Shown piece by piece: positions 1 through 13,068 of a stretch of DNA of 64,000 nucleotides. The DNA comes from Raja brachyura (lineage: Eukaryota): the NCBI GenBank assembly GCA_963514005.1, contig OY740807.1:1674001-1738000 (forward strand). Direction: 5' to 3'. The position numbers were made by a program, and so were the translations under genes. Every line of letters begins with the position of its first letter. Position 1 is the stretch's first letter. The notes below the pieces were generated by a model, which saw only the letters and a list, made by a program, of their open reading frames with translations, was not told where the DNA came from and searched no databases.

Positions 1-547
1 GCGGCCTGGCGTCGCAACTTTTGTTTTGAATGTCAGGGGCCGAGAGGAGATCGTTTCAGTGACCCGCCTCAAGCCCGGCCATCTGGACGTCAACAGCCCG
101 GTGTTGGTGGCCTAACACCGGCATAGAGGTCGTCCGTTGGCCATTCCGCTTTCGCTGGTTGCACTTGGTGAGCCTGTTCTGCTTGTTGTGACTGTTGCAC
201 CTGTTTTGTTGGTTGCCCCTGTCTCCACTCGGTCTGGCCGCCTGATTCGGATTCCCGCTCGTTTCCTTTCCTCTGATTCTGGGGCGGGGTGGGGGGTCCT
301 GTAGCGGCACCTAATGGTGGGGCTGGGAAGTCAGAACCTCGTCATTGGTTGGCACAGTCATGTAGCCGCGGGGGATCGTTCGCGGGCTTTTTAGTTAGTT
401 ATCAGCGCTCCTCCCAGCGAGAGGAGCTGTGTCCTTAAGCTCAACAAGGCATGCGTTTTTTACGAGTTTCTGTTTTGTTTTTTGTGAATAAAAACGTTTT
501 CACTCAACCTGCCTTGTCTCGCTTCAGTATCATCCTGAAACGTCACA
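1..547 (+). mobile_element. 3' end of Ty3/Gypsy LTR retrotransposon (integrase C-terminus, PPT, 3' LTR 300-547)
   Basis: Frame reads RPGVATFVLNVRGREEIVSVTRLKPGHLD (end of the GPY/F domain); G-rich PPT 281-297; LTR starts TGTAGCG, contains AATAAA near 488, ends CGTCACA. Confidence 0.75.
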
Positions 548-734
548 CATTCCTTCTCTGTGCTCAGCCTGTCCCGCTGAGTTACTCCAGGTTTTTGTGT
601 CAATCTTCGGTTAAAACCAGCTTCTACAGTTCCTTCCCAAATGATTGAATGGACGATGGGCCGAATTTCCTAATTATGGTCCTAGAACTTATGAATGCAG
701 AGAAGCAGTCCGCAGACATTGCTCCCTCTGAAAC

Positions 735-1145
735 TCCTTGGTTCACTCATCCCTTCCCACACAAACCACTCCCTCGCCAGGTGCATTCCCCTGCAACTGC
801 AGGAGACGTGACACTTGTCCTTATACCTCCTCCCTCACTTCCATCCAGGGATACTTTCAGGTGAGGCATGAGGCTCACATACAGCTCCTCTCACTGTATC
901 CAGTGTTCCCTATGTGGCCACTTGCACGTCGGAGAGACTAATTGTAACCTTGGCGACTGTCTTGCCCAACACTTGACTCGGTCCGCCAAGGCCTGCTGGA
1001 TCTCCCCTTCCCAGTTCCCCTTGAACTCCCCTTCCCACTTCCTCACGGAGTTTGTGTGACGGGTTCCCTCCATTGACAGTGAGGCCACATGCAAATTGGT
1101 GGAACAGCACCACATAGTCCGCTTGGGTAGCTTACAATCCAACAA
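735..1145 (+). mobile_element. Penelope-like element fragment (Zn-finger / GIY-YIG region)
   Basis: Similar to the 51714-52346 ORF (SSLPTQTTPSPGxFPCNCR...C...HVGET). Confidence 0.7.
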
Positions 1146-1329
1146 TTATACCTCTCCAATTATATTTTTATTTAACTAACCTGTAAATTACCCCTTCCCC
1201 CTTTTTAATTTTTTTGTCTGTTTTAAATTATTTTTCTTCCTTTCGCCCGCATGCTCAATTGGGTTCAGACCGGGTGAGTGACTTGGCCACTCAAAAAATG
1301 ACAATTTTTTAGCTTTGAAAAACTCCTTT

Positions 1330-1797
1330 GTTGCTTTAGCCTCTGCATTTCTGTTCACAAAATACGTCTGCAGACAGTAGTCATTGACAAATCCACACCT
1401 GACTCCTGAAAAGTGTTTCTGATCTGTCAGACTGGTGTGTGGGGATTTTTCTTTATTATAGAGAGAATTCTTCTGTCATCAGCTGTGGGGGTCTTCCTTC
1501 GCCTGCCAGTCCCTTTGCGATTAGTAAGCTCACCAATGCTCTCTTTCTTCTTAATGATGTATCAAACAGTTGAAACACCTGTGAAGCCAAACATTATGGT
1601 GCCCTGAAATGGGGAGACTATGTAAAAACACAGCTGTAATTTCTACATGGCGAAACCAAAATGTATAAAAATACCCTTTAATAAAATCTGACAACGAGCA
1701 CTTTATCCACATGTGATTTTTTCTATTACAAATCTCAAATTGTGGAGTACAGATGCAAATAAATAAATGATGGGTCTTTGTCCCAAACATTATGGGA
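1330..1797. mobile_element. Tc1-like DNA transposon remnant
   Basis: Tc1-type terminal sequence (gggtctttgtcccaaacattatgg) with an internal repeat of ccaaacattatgg; degraded. Confidence 0.45.
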
Positions 1798-2214
1798 CAT
1801 ATGACAATGACTTGATTCTTGAACAATGAGAGGGAGAAAACAATACATTTCCGTGGACTCGTTGGGCCAGGTCACATGCAGTGACCATCTGATGTTTCAT
1901 ATCGCACAAAGAATTGTGGAAGTCTTTATAAAACTTCCTCCGATCTTTTTATGAGATATTGTATCAGATCGAAGTAACACAACACGTTGTCGTATTCAGC
2001 TGAGATCAGAATGGAAAGAGGCTGCATCTTATTAGTTGATGAACTAAAGATAGAGTTCAATTGTGAAAACAATCGGCATTATTTTAAATCTTTCCATCAA
2101 AAGTGGTCAGGTCTACAGCATGTTCATGCCCTGGCCAGTCCTTGAACAGAATACGCAGCTGAATTCTCGAGTTCTCTGTGTTCTCGAGTCACACACTGAC
2201 GACGGTATTTATCT

Positions 2215-2955
2215 GAGAAAAAAAGACACAAAATGCGGGAGTAACTCAGCGGGTGAAGCAGCTTCTCTGGAGAACATGGATTGGTGATGTTTCGAGCCGG
2301 GATTCTTCTTCTGACCCAAAACGTTCAGGATGTGTAGGAAGGAACTGCAGATGTTTGTTTACTGCAAAGATAGACACAACATACTGGAGTAACTCAATGT
2401 CAGGCAGCATTTCTGGAGAAAACAAATAAGTGACGTTTCGGGTCGAAACGCTTCTTCGGACTGAGAGTCAAGCGGGAGGGAAGCTAGAGGCATGAAAAGG
2501 TTCATAATACTGTAAACCAGAGCCACACCAGTGACCAAGGAAAGGTGGAGCCCACAATGGTCCATTGTTGGCTGATAATGAAGAGATATATAGATGCAAA
2601 CAGTGGTACTGACAGGATAACAAGGGTGGGGGACGGGCGGAGAAAGAGGCAATGCAGGGGTTACTTGAAATTAGATAAATCAACGTTCATACGGCTGGGT
2701 TGTAAGTTGCCCAAGCGAAATATGAGATGCTGTTCCTGCAATTCATGTGGGGCCTCATTATGACTGTGGAGGAAGCCCAGGACAGAATAGTCAGTATGGG
2801 AATGGGAGGGGGATTTACAATGTTTGGCGTAGGAATTCAGTGAAACGATCGAGTAGTCTATGCTTGGTCTTGCCGATATATTGGAGTTGATACTGAGAAT
2901 AATGGATACAATAGATAAGATTGGAGAAGGTGCAAGTGAACCTCTGGCTCACCTG
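2215..2955 (-). mobile_element. Penelope-like 3' fragments and hammerhead-type tails
   Basis: Repeated tail (gctggagtaactcagc...gcagcatctctggag...gtttcgggtc...cttcttc) and antisense GIY-YIG segment. Confidence 0.6.
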
Positions 2956-2999
2956 AAATTAATAGAATGGAACTTTCAAGAAGGGATAAGAGAGTAAGG

Positions 3000-5900
3000 T
3001 CAGGTGAAATAGGAACCAGTGTGAGAGGGGAGGCGAATACCAAATTAAAAGTGTTATATATGAATGCGCGAAGTTTATGAAATAAAGTGGATGAACTTGA
3101 GGCTCAGTTAGAGATTGGTAAGTATGATGTTGTGGGAATTACAAAGACATTGCTGCAAGATAATCAGAGCCGGAAACTGAATATTCAGGGTTATACATCC
3201 TATCAAAAAGACAGACAGGTGGGCAGAGGGTGTGGGGTAGCTCTGTTGCTAAGAAACATAGAAACATAGAAAATAGGTGCAGGAGGAGGCCATTCGGCCC
3301 TTCGAGCCAGCACCGCCATTCATTGTGAGCATGGCTGATCGTCCGTGATCAATAACCCGTGCCTGCCTTCTCCCCATATCCATTGACTCCACTAGTCCCT
3401 AGAGCTCTATCCAACTCTCTCTTAAATCCATCCAGTGATTTGGCCTCCACTGCCCTCTGTGCCAGGGAATTCCATAAATTCACAACTCTCTGGGTAAAAA
3501 AGTTTGTTCTCACCTCTGTCTTAAATGACCTCCCCTTTATTCTAAGACTGTGTCCATGGTTTTGGACTCACCCAACATTGGGAACATTTTTCCTGCATCT
3601 AGCTTGTCCAGTCCTTTTATAATTGCATATGTTTCTATAAGATACGCCCTCATCCTTCTAGACTCCAGTGAATACAAGGCTAGTCTTTTCAATCTTTCCT
3701 CATATGACAGTCCCGCCATCCCAGCGATCAATCTCGTGAACCTACACTGCACTGCCTCAATCACAAGAATATCCTTCCTCAAATTAGGAGACCAAAACTG
3801 TGCACAATACTCCAGATGTGGTCTCACCAGAGCCCTATACAAGTGCAGAAGAACCTCTTTACTCCTGTACTGAGATCCTCTTGTTATGAAGGCCAACACT
3901 CCATTAGCTTTCTTCACTGCCTGCTGTACCTGTACGCCAACTTTCAGTGACTGGTGTACAAGGACACCCAGGTCTCGCTGTACCTCCCCCTTACCTAACC
4001 TAACCCTATTGAGATAATAATCTTCCCCCTTGTTTTTGCCGCCAAATTGAATAACCTCACATTTATCTATATTATACTGCATCTGCCACGCATCTGCCCA
4101 CTCACTCAACCTGTCCAGGTCCTCCTGCAACCCCCTAACATCCTCTTCACAGTTCACACTGCCACCCAGCTTTGTGTCATCTGTAAACGAGCCAGTGTTG
4201 TTCATAATTCCCACTTCCAAATCATTAATATATATGGTAAACAGTTGCGGCCCCAACACCGAGCCTTGCGGCACTCCACTCACCACTGCCTGCCATTCTG
4301 AAAAGGATCTGTTCACTCCTACTCTTTGCTTCCGGTCTGCCCACCAATTTTCTATCCATGTCAACACCATACCACCCCCTTAGATCCTCTGCCCTCCAGT
4401 ACATCTGGGAGATTGTTTGTGTTTGCCTTAGTGAAGACAGATCCGAAGTACCTATTCAACTCTTCTGCCATTTCCTTGTTGACCATAATAATAGTAAGAT
4501 TAAACGAGACCTTACCAGTTTGAAGTTTGACCTTGATATTATGAGGTGTTACGTTGGTGATTACGTGAAGAAGACCCGCCAGGCCGCATGCGCACCAATC
4601 TTCAAAGCAGCGGTATGAAATCACAAATAACAACACCGAAGTGACATAGTAAGATGCATGTCTAGAGAACTACCAGATGATCCTTTATAAGAGAGGGTTG
4701 GGCGTGGCGGGCACGTAATCACCAACATAAACTCCTCATAAAATCAAGATCAAACTTCAAACTGGTAAGTTCTCATTTAATCTTACTATTTTACTTCGGA
4801 GTCAGGTGAGTGATTCCGTGAAGATTTCAAAGCTTTGTGATTTCATGCCGCAGATTACAAATCTCGGCATCCCACTGCATTGATTGACTCAAATGAGAAA
4901 TTAATGAATAAGTAGTAACATTGTATTTAATGCAGGAATAAAATATAAACAAACAACAGTACCCCTCTATCCCACGGCACTTTAAACAGAACTTAGAATA
5001 GCTTTGGCAAACAGCCCTGGATCGGTTTAACTTACCGCTGGCAGGAGCTCTGTCCTGCCAGTCTGGTGCTTGCGCCAGTGTGGCTGACGCACTGGTGCGC
5101 TTGCGGCCTGGCGGGTCTTCTTCACGGAATCACTCACGTGACTCTGAAATAACTTCACCCGTGTCTGTCTTCAAGGGACCCACATTTGACTTTGCTACTC
5201 TTTTTCTCTTAACATATCGAAAGAAGCTTTTACTGTCCTTCTTTATATTCCTGGCCAGCTTCCCCTCGTTCTTCATCTTTTCAGCCCATATTGCCTGTTT
5301 TTTTTCCTTCTGTTGTCCTATGAAATTTTCACAATCCTCTGGCTTCCGGCTACTCTTTGCTGTGTTATACATCTTTTCTTTTAGTTTTATTCTATCCTTA
5401 ACTTCTCTGTCAGCCACAGTTGCCTCCTACTCTCCTTAGAATCTTTCTTCCTTTTTGGAATGAAATGATCCTGCGTCTTCCGGATTATGCCCAGAAATTC
5501 CTGCCATTGCTGTTCCACCGTCATTCCTGCTTGGATCCCATTCCAGTCTACTTTGGCCAGCTCCCCTCTCATGCCTTCATAGTCCCCTTTGTTCAACTGC
5601 ATCACTGCCACTTCCGATTTAACGTTCTCCTTCTCAAATTGCAGCTTAAAACTAATCATATTATGGATTACTAAGGAATGAAATCCAGTCCCTTGCGAAG
5701 GGTGACATAGAATTATAAGATGCAGTCATTGTGGATAGAACGGAGAAATTGTAAGGGTAAAAATACCCTAATGGGAGTTATCTACAGGCCCCCAAACAGT
5801 AGCTTGGACATGGGGTGCAAGTTGCATCAGGAGTTAAAATTGGCATGTAACAAAGGTAATGCTACGGTGGTTATGGGAGATTTCAACATGCAGGGATACT

Positions 5901-6090
5901 GGGAAAATCAGGTTGGTACTGGGCTCTCCCTTGTGCATAGAAAATAGGTGCAGGTGGAGGCCATTCGGCCCTTCGAGCCAGCACCGCCATTCATTGTGAT
6001 CATGGCTGATCGTCCCAAATCAATAACCCATGCCTGCCCTCCTCATATCCCTTGATTCCACCAGCCCCTAGAGCTCTATCTAACTCTCTT
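3000..6090 (-). mobile_element. Cluster of CR1 (HER1-type) LINE fragments, mainly minus strand
   Basis: RT ORF 3537..4370 ([15 protein letters not shown]), APE fragments, (agaaacat)n tails. Confidence 0.9.
4491..5152 (-). mobile_element. Non-autonomous DIRS-type (tyrosine-recombinase retrotransposon) mini-element nested in CR1
   Basis: Inverted repeats 4564-4597 / 5092-5125; internal region 4712-4823 is complementary to both ends joined; interrupts the CR1 sequence ccataataat|ttcaccc with no clear TSD. Confidence 0.7.
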
Positions 6091-6139
6091 CGGTCAGTCG
6101 ATCCAGCTTGCGGGTTTCAACACGGACGGTCGATCCAGC

Positions 6140-6481
6140 TCAAGGCTTTCCAAGCGAGTGCCCTCGAGCTTGAAGGTCAAAGACACTCTTCTTAACTCGC
6201 GGATTAGGTCGCCCAAGTTGAACAGCCCCATACGTCTTGGTGTTGCTGCTGGCCCTGCTGCCGCTGCTGCTGCTTTCCTCGGAGGCAGAGATGCCCAAAA
6301 CTTTGGGCTCCACTTTGCACCCCCTCGCCGTCTGGCTCTTCAAGTAATTAGCCTTGTTGGCAGCCAGTCTCTCCACAGCGCTCTGCTGACCCCACCTGTC
6401 CCCCTCCATTTGACTGCGGAGGTAGCCGGGACCTTTGGTCAGGAGCCTGAGCGGCGGAGAGACTCTCGCATCGGGCAGCAT
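6140..6481 (-). pseudogene. FAM110: FAM110-family N-terminal fragment (truncated copy)
   Basis: ORF contains PLRLLTKGPGYLR...SAVERLAANKANYLKSQ, matching the FAM110 N-terminal motif (PLRILNKGPDYFR...SAVERLEADKAKYVKSQ); stops after 113 aa and lacks the C-terminal domain. Confidence 0.75.
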
Positions 6482-6544
6482 GCTTGCAGTGGGCGCGATC
6501 TCGCTCGGAATCTTACTTTGATCCAGCCAATGAGGACAAACATG

Positions 6545-6919
6545 TTTTCACATCCATGAAGAAGCAAAGACCAGGACTTCCATGAGCAATGACAAGCTGT
6601 CTGCAATCGCCTTAATCCACATTCACTATGACTTTGTCCATAACTTGGACAAAGTCGGGACTAGGTTTGCGCAGTTACATTCTTGGAAAATGGAACTGGA
6701 AAACCTGATTTGTGGCTAAATGACAATATATGCCGGTGTGCCACGAGTGTCCGTCGCCTGCATCACTACACCAGGACTTCCATGAACAATGACAGGCTGT
6801 CTGCACTTGGCTTAATGCACATTCACTATGACTTTGCCCATGACTTGGACAAAGTGGTGACTAGGTTTGCAAAATTACATTCTCGTAAAATGGAACTGGA
6901 AAATGTGGTATATGGCTAA
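6545..6919 (+). mobile_element. Two tandem hAT transposase C-terminal (hATC) remnants
   Basis: RTSMSNDKLSAIALIHIHYD... (6570-6715) and RTSMNNDRLSALGLMHIHYD...MELEN (6770-6915). Confidence 0.7.
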
Positions 6920-7104
6920 CTGGCAATGTATGCTGGTCTGCCAAGTGTGTTATCAAAGTCGGTGAGAGGAACCCTGAACTGTCTGCTAATCCCCTCATAC
7001 TTTGGGAGCCCAAACAGGGCATAGAAACATAAAAACACAGAAAGCAGGCGCAGGAGGAGGCCATTTGGCCCATTGAGCCAGCACTGCCATTCATTGTGAT
7101 CATA

Positions 7105-9012
7105 TCCCAAATCTAATGAACCTATTTGAAACATATGGATACTACTCAGGGTATAAATTGAATATAACAAAAACACAAATTCTTTCATTCAATTATTCTC
7201 CATCCCAACAAATCAGAGACGCATATAATCTGAAATGGAACTAAAACGATGCAGTATCTTGGTGTAACTATAACCAAAACACTTTCCAACTTGTTTGAAA
7301 CTAATTATAACAAAATTGAAGAAAACATCAAAAAGGATGTTGAGAGGTGGTCGACCCTTCCTCCAGACTTCAGTGCCAGAATACAAACGGTAACAATGAA
7401 TATCCTACCTAAACTACTATATTTATTCCAATCTCTCCCAATTAATGTTCCCCGAGATAAATTCATAGCCTGGGATAAAATGATCTCTAGATTCAATTGG
7501 AATAGCAAAAAACCAAGAATAAAACTAACAACACTTCAACTGCCGAAAAGCAAGGGTGGAATGGCTTTACCAAATCTGAAGAAATACTCTTATGCAGCTC
7601 ACCTCAGACCTCTGGCTTGTTGGTGTAGACCTGATTATGAACGGAAAGGGACATACAGGGTTACCAGAGCCAGATTTTGGTGGGAGACAAATATCTGAGA
7701 GGGGCTTTGAGACATGCTATGGATCCAATAGTAGCATTTACGTTAGAAATATGGAATTTTATAGTGTAAAAATACAAATTAAAAAGGGGTTCACACATTG
7801 AAGTGGTTCGCATATGACAAAGTTTCAGCCAGGGGTGTATGATTCCAAATTCAAAGAATGGGCACAAAAAGGCATAACGGCAATGTATACAGTTTCAGAA
7901 AATGGCGAGTTTATGAGCTTCCAAGATTTAAAGTCAAAGTATGGTCTTGAAAACAAAGAATTTTTTAGATACTTGCAATTAAGAGACTACTTTATAAAAG
8001 AGATAAGGCCAGAACTAGATGAAACTTCAAATAATGTGATCAAGGTGATTGTGGATGCATACAAACAGAAGGGGTTTCGGGTCATCTCTGCTTTCTACCA
8101 AGCTCTGGTGGAAAGCGGGGAGAATCAACACTCTACATAAAAACAAAATGGGAAGCAGAATTAAAGATTCAAATAACAGAAGAAGAATGGTATCAAATGT
8201 GTGAAACACAATGTTCATCCACAAGCTCACTAGTATGGAGAGAATTTTGCTGCAAGAATCTATCTCGCTTTTTTATAATACCCAAAATAAAAAGCAGACA
8301 ACTTGCTGTCCAACAACACTGTTGGAGGCTGTGTGGGAGTACGGAGGCAGACCACTCGCATATTTTCTGGAACTGTGCAAAGATAAGGCCATACTGGGAA
8401 AATGTTAATGCAGCTGTAAATAATATCTTGGGTTATAAAATCCCAAATACCTGGTGTAAAAATAGAAGATACATATTTGATTAAAGCTTTGCTTGCAGCA
8501 AGTAAGAAGGCCATTACCAGGCATGGCTTAATGAAAAAAGTCCAACGCAGGAACCAGTGGTTAGAAATTGTGCGAGACATCTTTAATATGGAGAAATTGA
8601 CATATTCCTTGAGAGTCAAGGAGAATTCATTTGAGAAGATCTGGGAAAAATGGACTGTTTATTTGAGTTTTTTATAACCCAATGATACCAATTAGATAAA
8701 TGCCGAGCTAGATATGGGAAGATTGTGTTATATAGAACTAGACGGTATGTTTGTATGAATGTTGAATTATCTCCAGATAACTAATCAATGTAATGTTTTT
8801 TCTTTTTTTAATTTGGTAAGTGAACCACACGGTCTTATTCCAATTTTTTAATTTATTTACTTCTTTTTTTTCTTTTTTTTCCCCCCATCTACCTATTTTC
8901 TTATTTTGATTGCTATTTTTTTTACATTGTTTTATTTATTGTGATGGTGTTGCACTGTTTTGAAAATATCTCTTAAAAATCAATAAAAATTTAAGTGAAG
9001 AATAAAAAAAGA
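7105..9012 (+). mobile_element. 5'-truncated L1-clade LINE (ORF2 C-terminal half)
   Basis: YLGV...W..LP...[15 protein letters not shown]...GGMALPNL; CCHC knuckle CWRLCG...HSHIFWNC; T-rich 3' UTR, AATAAA and A-rich tail. Confidence 0.85.
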
Positions 9013-12000
9013 AAATAGAAAATAGGTGCAGGAGGAGGCCATTCGGCCCTTCAAGCCAGCACCGCCATTCATTGTGATCATGGCTGATAGTCCGCTATCA
9101 ATAACCCGTGCCTGCCTTCTCCCCATATCCCTTGACTCCACTAGCCCCTAGAGCTCTATCCAACTCTCTCGTAAATCCATCCAGTGATTTGGCCTCCACT
9201 GCCCTCTGTGCCAGGGAATTCCATAAATTCACAACTCTCTGGGTAAAAAAGTTTTTTCTCAGGTCAGTCTTAAATGACCTCCCCTTTATTCTAAGACTGT
9301 GGCCCCAGGTTCTGGACTCACCCAATATTAGGAACATTTTTTCCAGCTTGTCCAGTCCTTTTATAATTTTATATGCTTCTATAAGATCCCCCCTCCTCCT
9401 TCTAAACTCAAGTGAATACAAGCCTAGTCTTTTCAATCTTTCCTCATATGACAGTCCCGCCATCCCAGGGATCAATCTCGTGAAACTACACTGCACTGCC
9501 TCAATCACAAGGATGTCCTTCCTCAAATTAGGAGACCAAAACTGTACACAATACTCCAGATGTGGTCTCACCAGAGCCCTATACAACTGCAGAAGAACCT
9601 CTTTACTCCTGTACTGAAATCCTCTTGTTATGAAGGCCAACATTCCATTAGCTTTCTTCACTGCCTGCTGTACATGCACGCCAACTGTCAGTGACTGGTG
9701 TACAAGGACACCCAGGTCTCGCTGTACCTCCCCCTTACCTAACCTAACCCCATTGAGATAATAATCTGCCCCCTTGTTTTTGCCGCCAAAATGGATAACC
9801 TCACATTTATCTATATTATACTGCTTCTGCCACGCATCTGCCCACTCACTCAACCTGTCCAGGTCCTCCTGCAATCTCCTAACATCCTCTTCACAGTTCA
9901 CACTGCCACCCAGCTCTGTGTCATCCGCAATCTTGCTGGTGTTGCTCCTAATTCCCTCTTCCAAATCATTAATATATATGGTAAACAGTTGTGGTCCCAA
10001 CACCGAGCCTTGCGGCACTCCACTCGCCAATGCCTGCCATTCTGAAAAGGACCTGTTCACTCCTACTCTTTGCTTCCGGTCTGCCAACCAATTTTCTATC
10101 CATGTCAACACCCTACCCCCAATACCATGTGCTCTAATTTTAGTCACCAGTCTCCCGTGCGGGGCCTTATCAAAGGCTTTCTGAAAGTCTAGATACACTA
10201 AATCCACTGGCTCCCCTTTATCTATTGTACTTGTCACATCCTCAAAAAATTCCAGAAGATTAGTCAAGCATGATTTCCCTTTCATAAATCTATGTTGACT
10301 TGGACTGATCCTTTTACTGCTATCCAAATGCTCCATTATTGCTTCTTTAATAATTGACTCCAGCATCTTTCCCACCACTGAAGTCGGGCAAACTGATCTG
10401 TAATTCCCCATTTTCTCTCTCGCTCCTTTCTTGAAAAGTGGGATAACATTAGCTATCCTCCAATCCACAGGAACTGATCCTGAATCTATTGAACATTGGA
10501 AAATGATCACCAATGCGTCCACTATTTCTAGAGCCACCTCCCTGAGCACCCTCGGATGCAGACCATCAGACCCAGGGGATTTATCATCCTTCAGTCCCAT
10601 TAGCCAACCCAATACTATTTCTCGCCTAATTAAAATGTATTTCAGTTCCTCTACCCCCTTAGGTCTTCTGTCCTCCAGTACATATAACAATATAACCATA
10701 TAACCATATAACAATTACAGCACGAAAACAGGCCTTCTCGGCCCTTCCAGTCCGTGCCAACCATTTATTTTCCCCTCGTCCCATCTACCTGCACTCAGAC
10801 CATACCCCTCCATTCCCTTCCCGTCCATATACCTATCCACTTTACTTTTAAATGTTAAAATCGATCCTGCCTCCACCACTTCTGCTGGAAGCTCATTCCA
10901 CACAGCCACCACTCTCTGAGTAAAGAAGTTCTCCCTCATGTTACCCCTAAACTTCTGTCCCTTAATTCTCATGTCATGCCCTCTTGTTTGAATCTTCCCT
11001 ACCCTCAATGGGGAAAGCTTATCCACGTCAACTCTGTCTATCCCTTTCATAATTTTAAAGACCTCAATCAAGTCCCCCCTTAACCTTCTGCGCTCCAAAG
11101 AATAAAGACCTAACTTGTTCAACCTTTCTCTGTAACTTAGTTGCTGGAACCCAGGCAACATTCTAGTAAATCTCCTCTGTACTCTCTCTATTTTGTTGAC
11201 ATCCTCCCTATAATTAGGTGACCAAAATGGTACACCATACTCCAGAATTGGTCACATCAATGTCTTGTACAATTTTAACATTATATTACTTCCCTACTCC
11301 TATATTCAATGCTCTGATTTATAAAGGCCAGCACACCAAAAGCTTTCTTTACCACCCTATCTACATGCGTTTCCACCTTCAGGGAACTATGCACAGTTAT
11401 TCCTAGATCCCTCTGTTCCACAGCATTCCTCGATTCCCTACCATTTACCATGGACGTTCTATTTTTATTTGTCATAAAATATGTAGCACTGCCAATATGT
11501 AGCACTTCACACTTATCAGCATTAAACTCCATCTGCCATCTTTCAGCCCTCTCTTCCAAATCGCCCAAATCTCTCTGTAGACTTTGAAAATCTACTTCAT
11601 TATCCACAGCACCACCTATCTTAGTATCATCTGCATACTTACTTATCCAATTTTCCACCCCATCATCTCGATCATTGATGTACATGACAATCAACAGTGG
11701 ACCCAACACAGATCCCTGAGGCACCCCACTGGTCAATGGCTTCCAACCTGACAAACAGCCATCCACCATTACTCTCTGGCATCTCCCATTCAACCACTGT
11801 TGAATCCATCTTGCTACTCCGCCATGGGGAACCTTGTCAAAGGCCTTACTGAAATCCATATAGACAACATTCACTGCTTTACCCTCATCAATTTCCCGTG
11901 TAAACTCTTCAAAAAATTCAAGAAGTTTTGTCAAACATGACCTTCCAGGCACAAATCCATGTTGACTGTTCTTGATCAGACCCTGTTTATCCAGACCCTG

Positions 12001-13068
12001 TACATCTGGGAGATTGTTTGTGTTCTCCTTAGTGAAGACAGATCCAAAGTACCTATTCAACTGTTCTGCCATTTCATTGTTACCCATAATTATTTCACAC
12101 GTGTCCGCCTTCAAGGGACCCACATTTGACTTTGTGGCTGATCGTCCCTTATCAATAACCCGTGCCCGCCTTCTCCCCATATCCCTTGACACCACTAGCC
12201 CATAGAGCTCTATCTAACTCTCTCTTACATCCATCCTGTGATTTGGCCTCCACTGCCCTCTGTGGCAGGGAATTCCATAAATTCACAACTCTCTGGGTGA
12301 AAACATTTTTTCTCACCTCAGTCTTAAATGACCTCCGCTTTATTCTGAGACTGTGGCCCCTGGTTCTGGACTCGTCCAAGATTGGGAACATTTTTTCTTG
12401 CATCTAGCTTGTCCAGTCCTTTTATAATGTTATATGTTTCTATAAGATTCCCCCTCATCCTTCTTAACTCCAGTGAATACAAGCCTAGTCTTTTCCATCT
12501 TTCCTGATATGACAGTCCCGCGATCCCACGGATCAATCTCGTGAACCTAAGCTGCACTGCCTCAATCACAAGGATGTCCTTCCTCAAATTAGGATACCAA
12601 AACTGTACACAATACTCCAGATGTGGTCTCACCAGAGCCCTATACAACTGCAGAAGAACCTCTTTACTCCTACACTGAAATTCTCTTGTTATGAAGGCCA
12701 CATTCCATTAGCTGTCTTCACTGCCTGCTGTACCTGTAAACCAACTTTCAGTGCAAGGACGCCCAGGTCTCCCTGCACCTCCCCCTTACCTAACCTAACC
12801 CCATTGAGATAATAATCTGCCCCCTTGTTTTTGCCGCCAAAGTGGATAACCTCACATTTATCTATATTATACTGCATCTGTCACACATCTGCCCACTCGC
12901 TCAACCTGTCCAGGTCACCCTGCAACTTCCTAACTTCCTCTTCACAGTTCACACTGCCACCCAGATTTGTTTCATCCGCAAACTTGCTAGTGTTGCTCCT
13001 AATTCCCTCTTCAAATCATTAATATATATGGTAAACAGTTGCGGCCCAACACCGAGCCTTGCGGCACT
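9012..13068 (-). mobile_element. Tandem/nested CR1 LINE fragments of two families ((agaaacat)n and (ataaccat)n tails)
   Basis: RT ORFs 9098..10714, 10715..11161, 11281..12195, 12324..12701. Confidence 0.92.
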
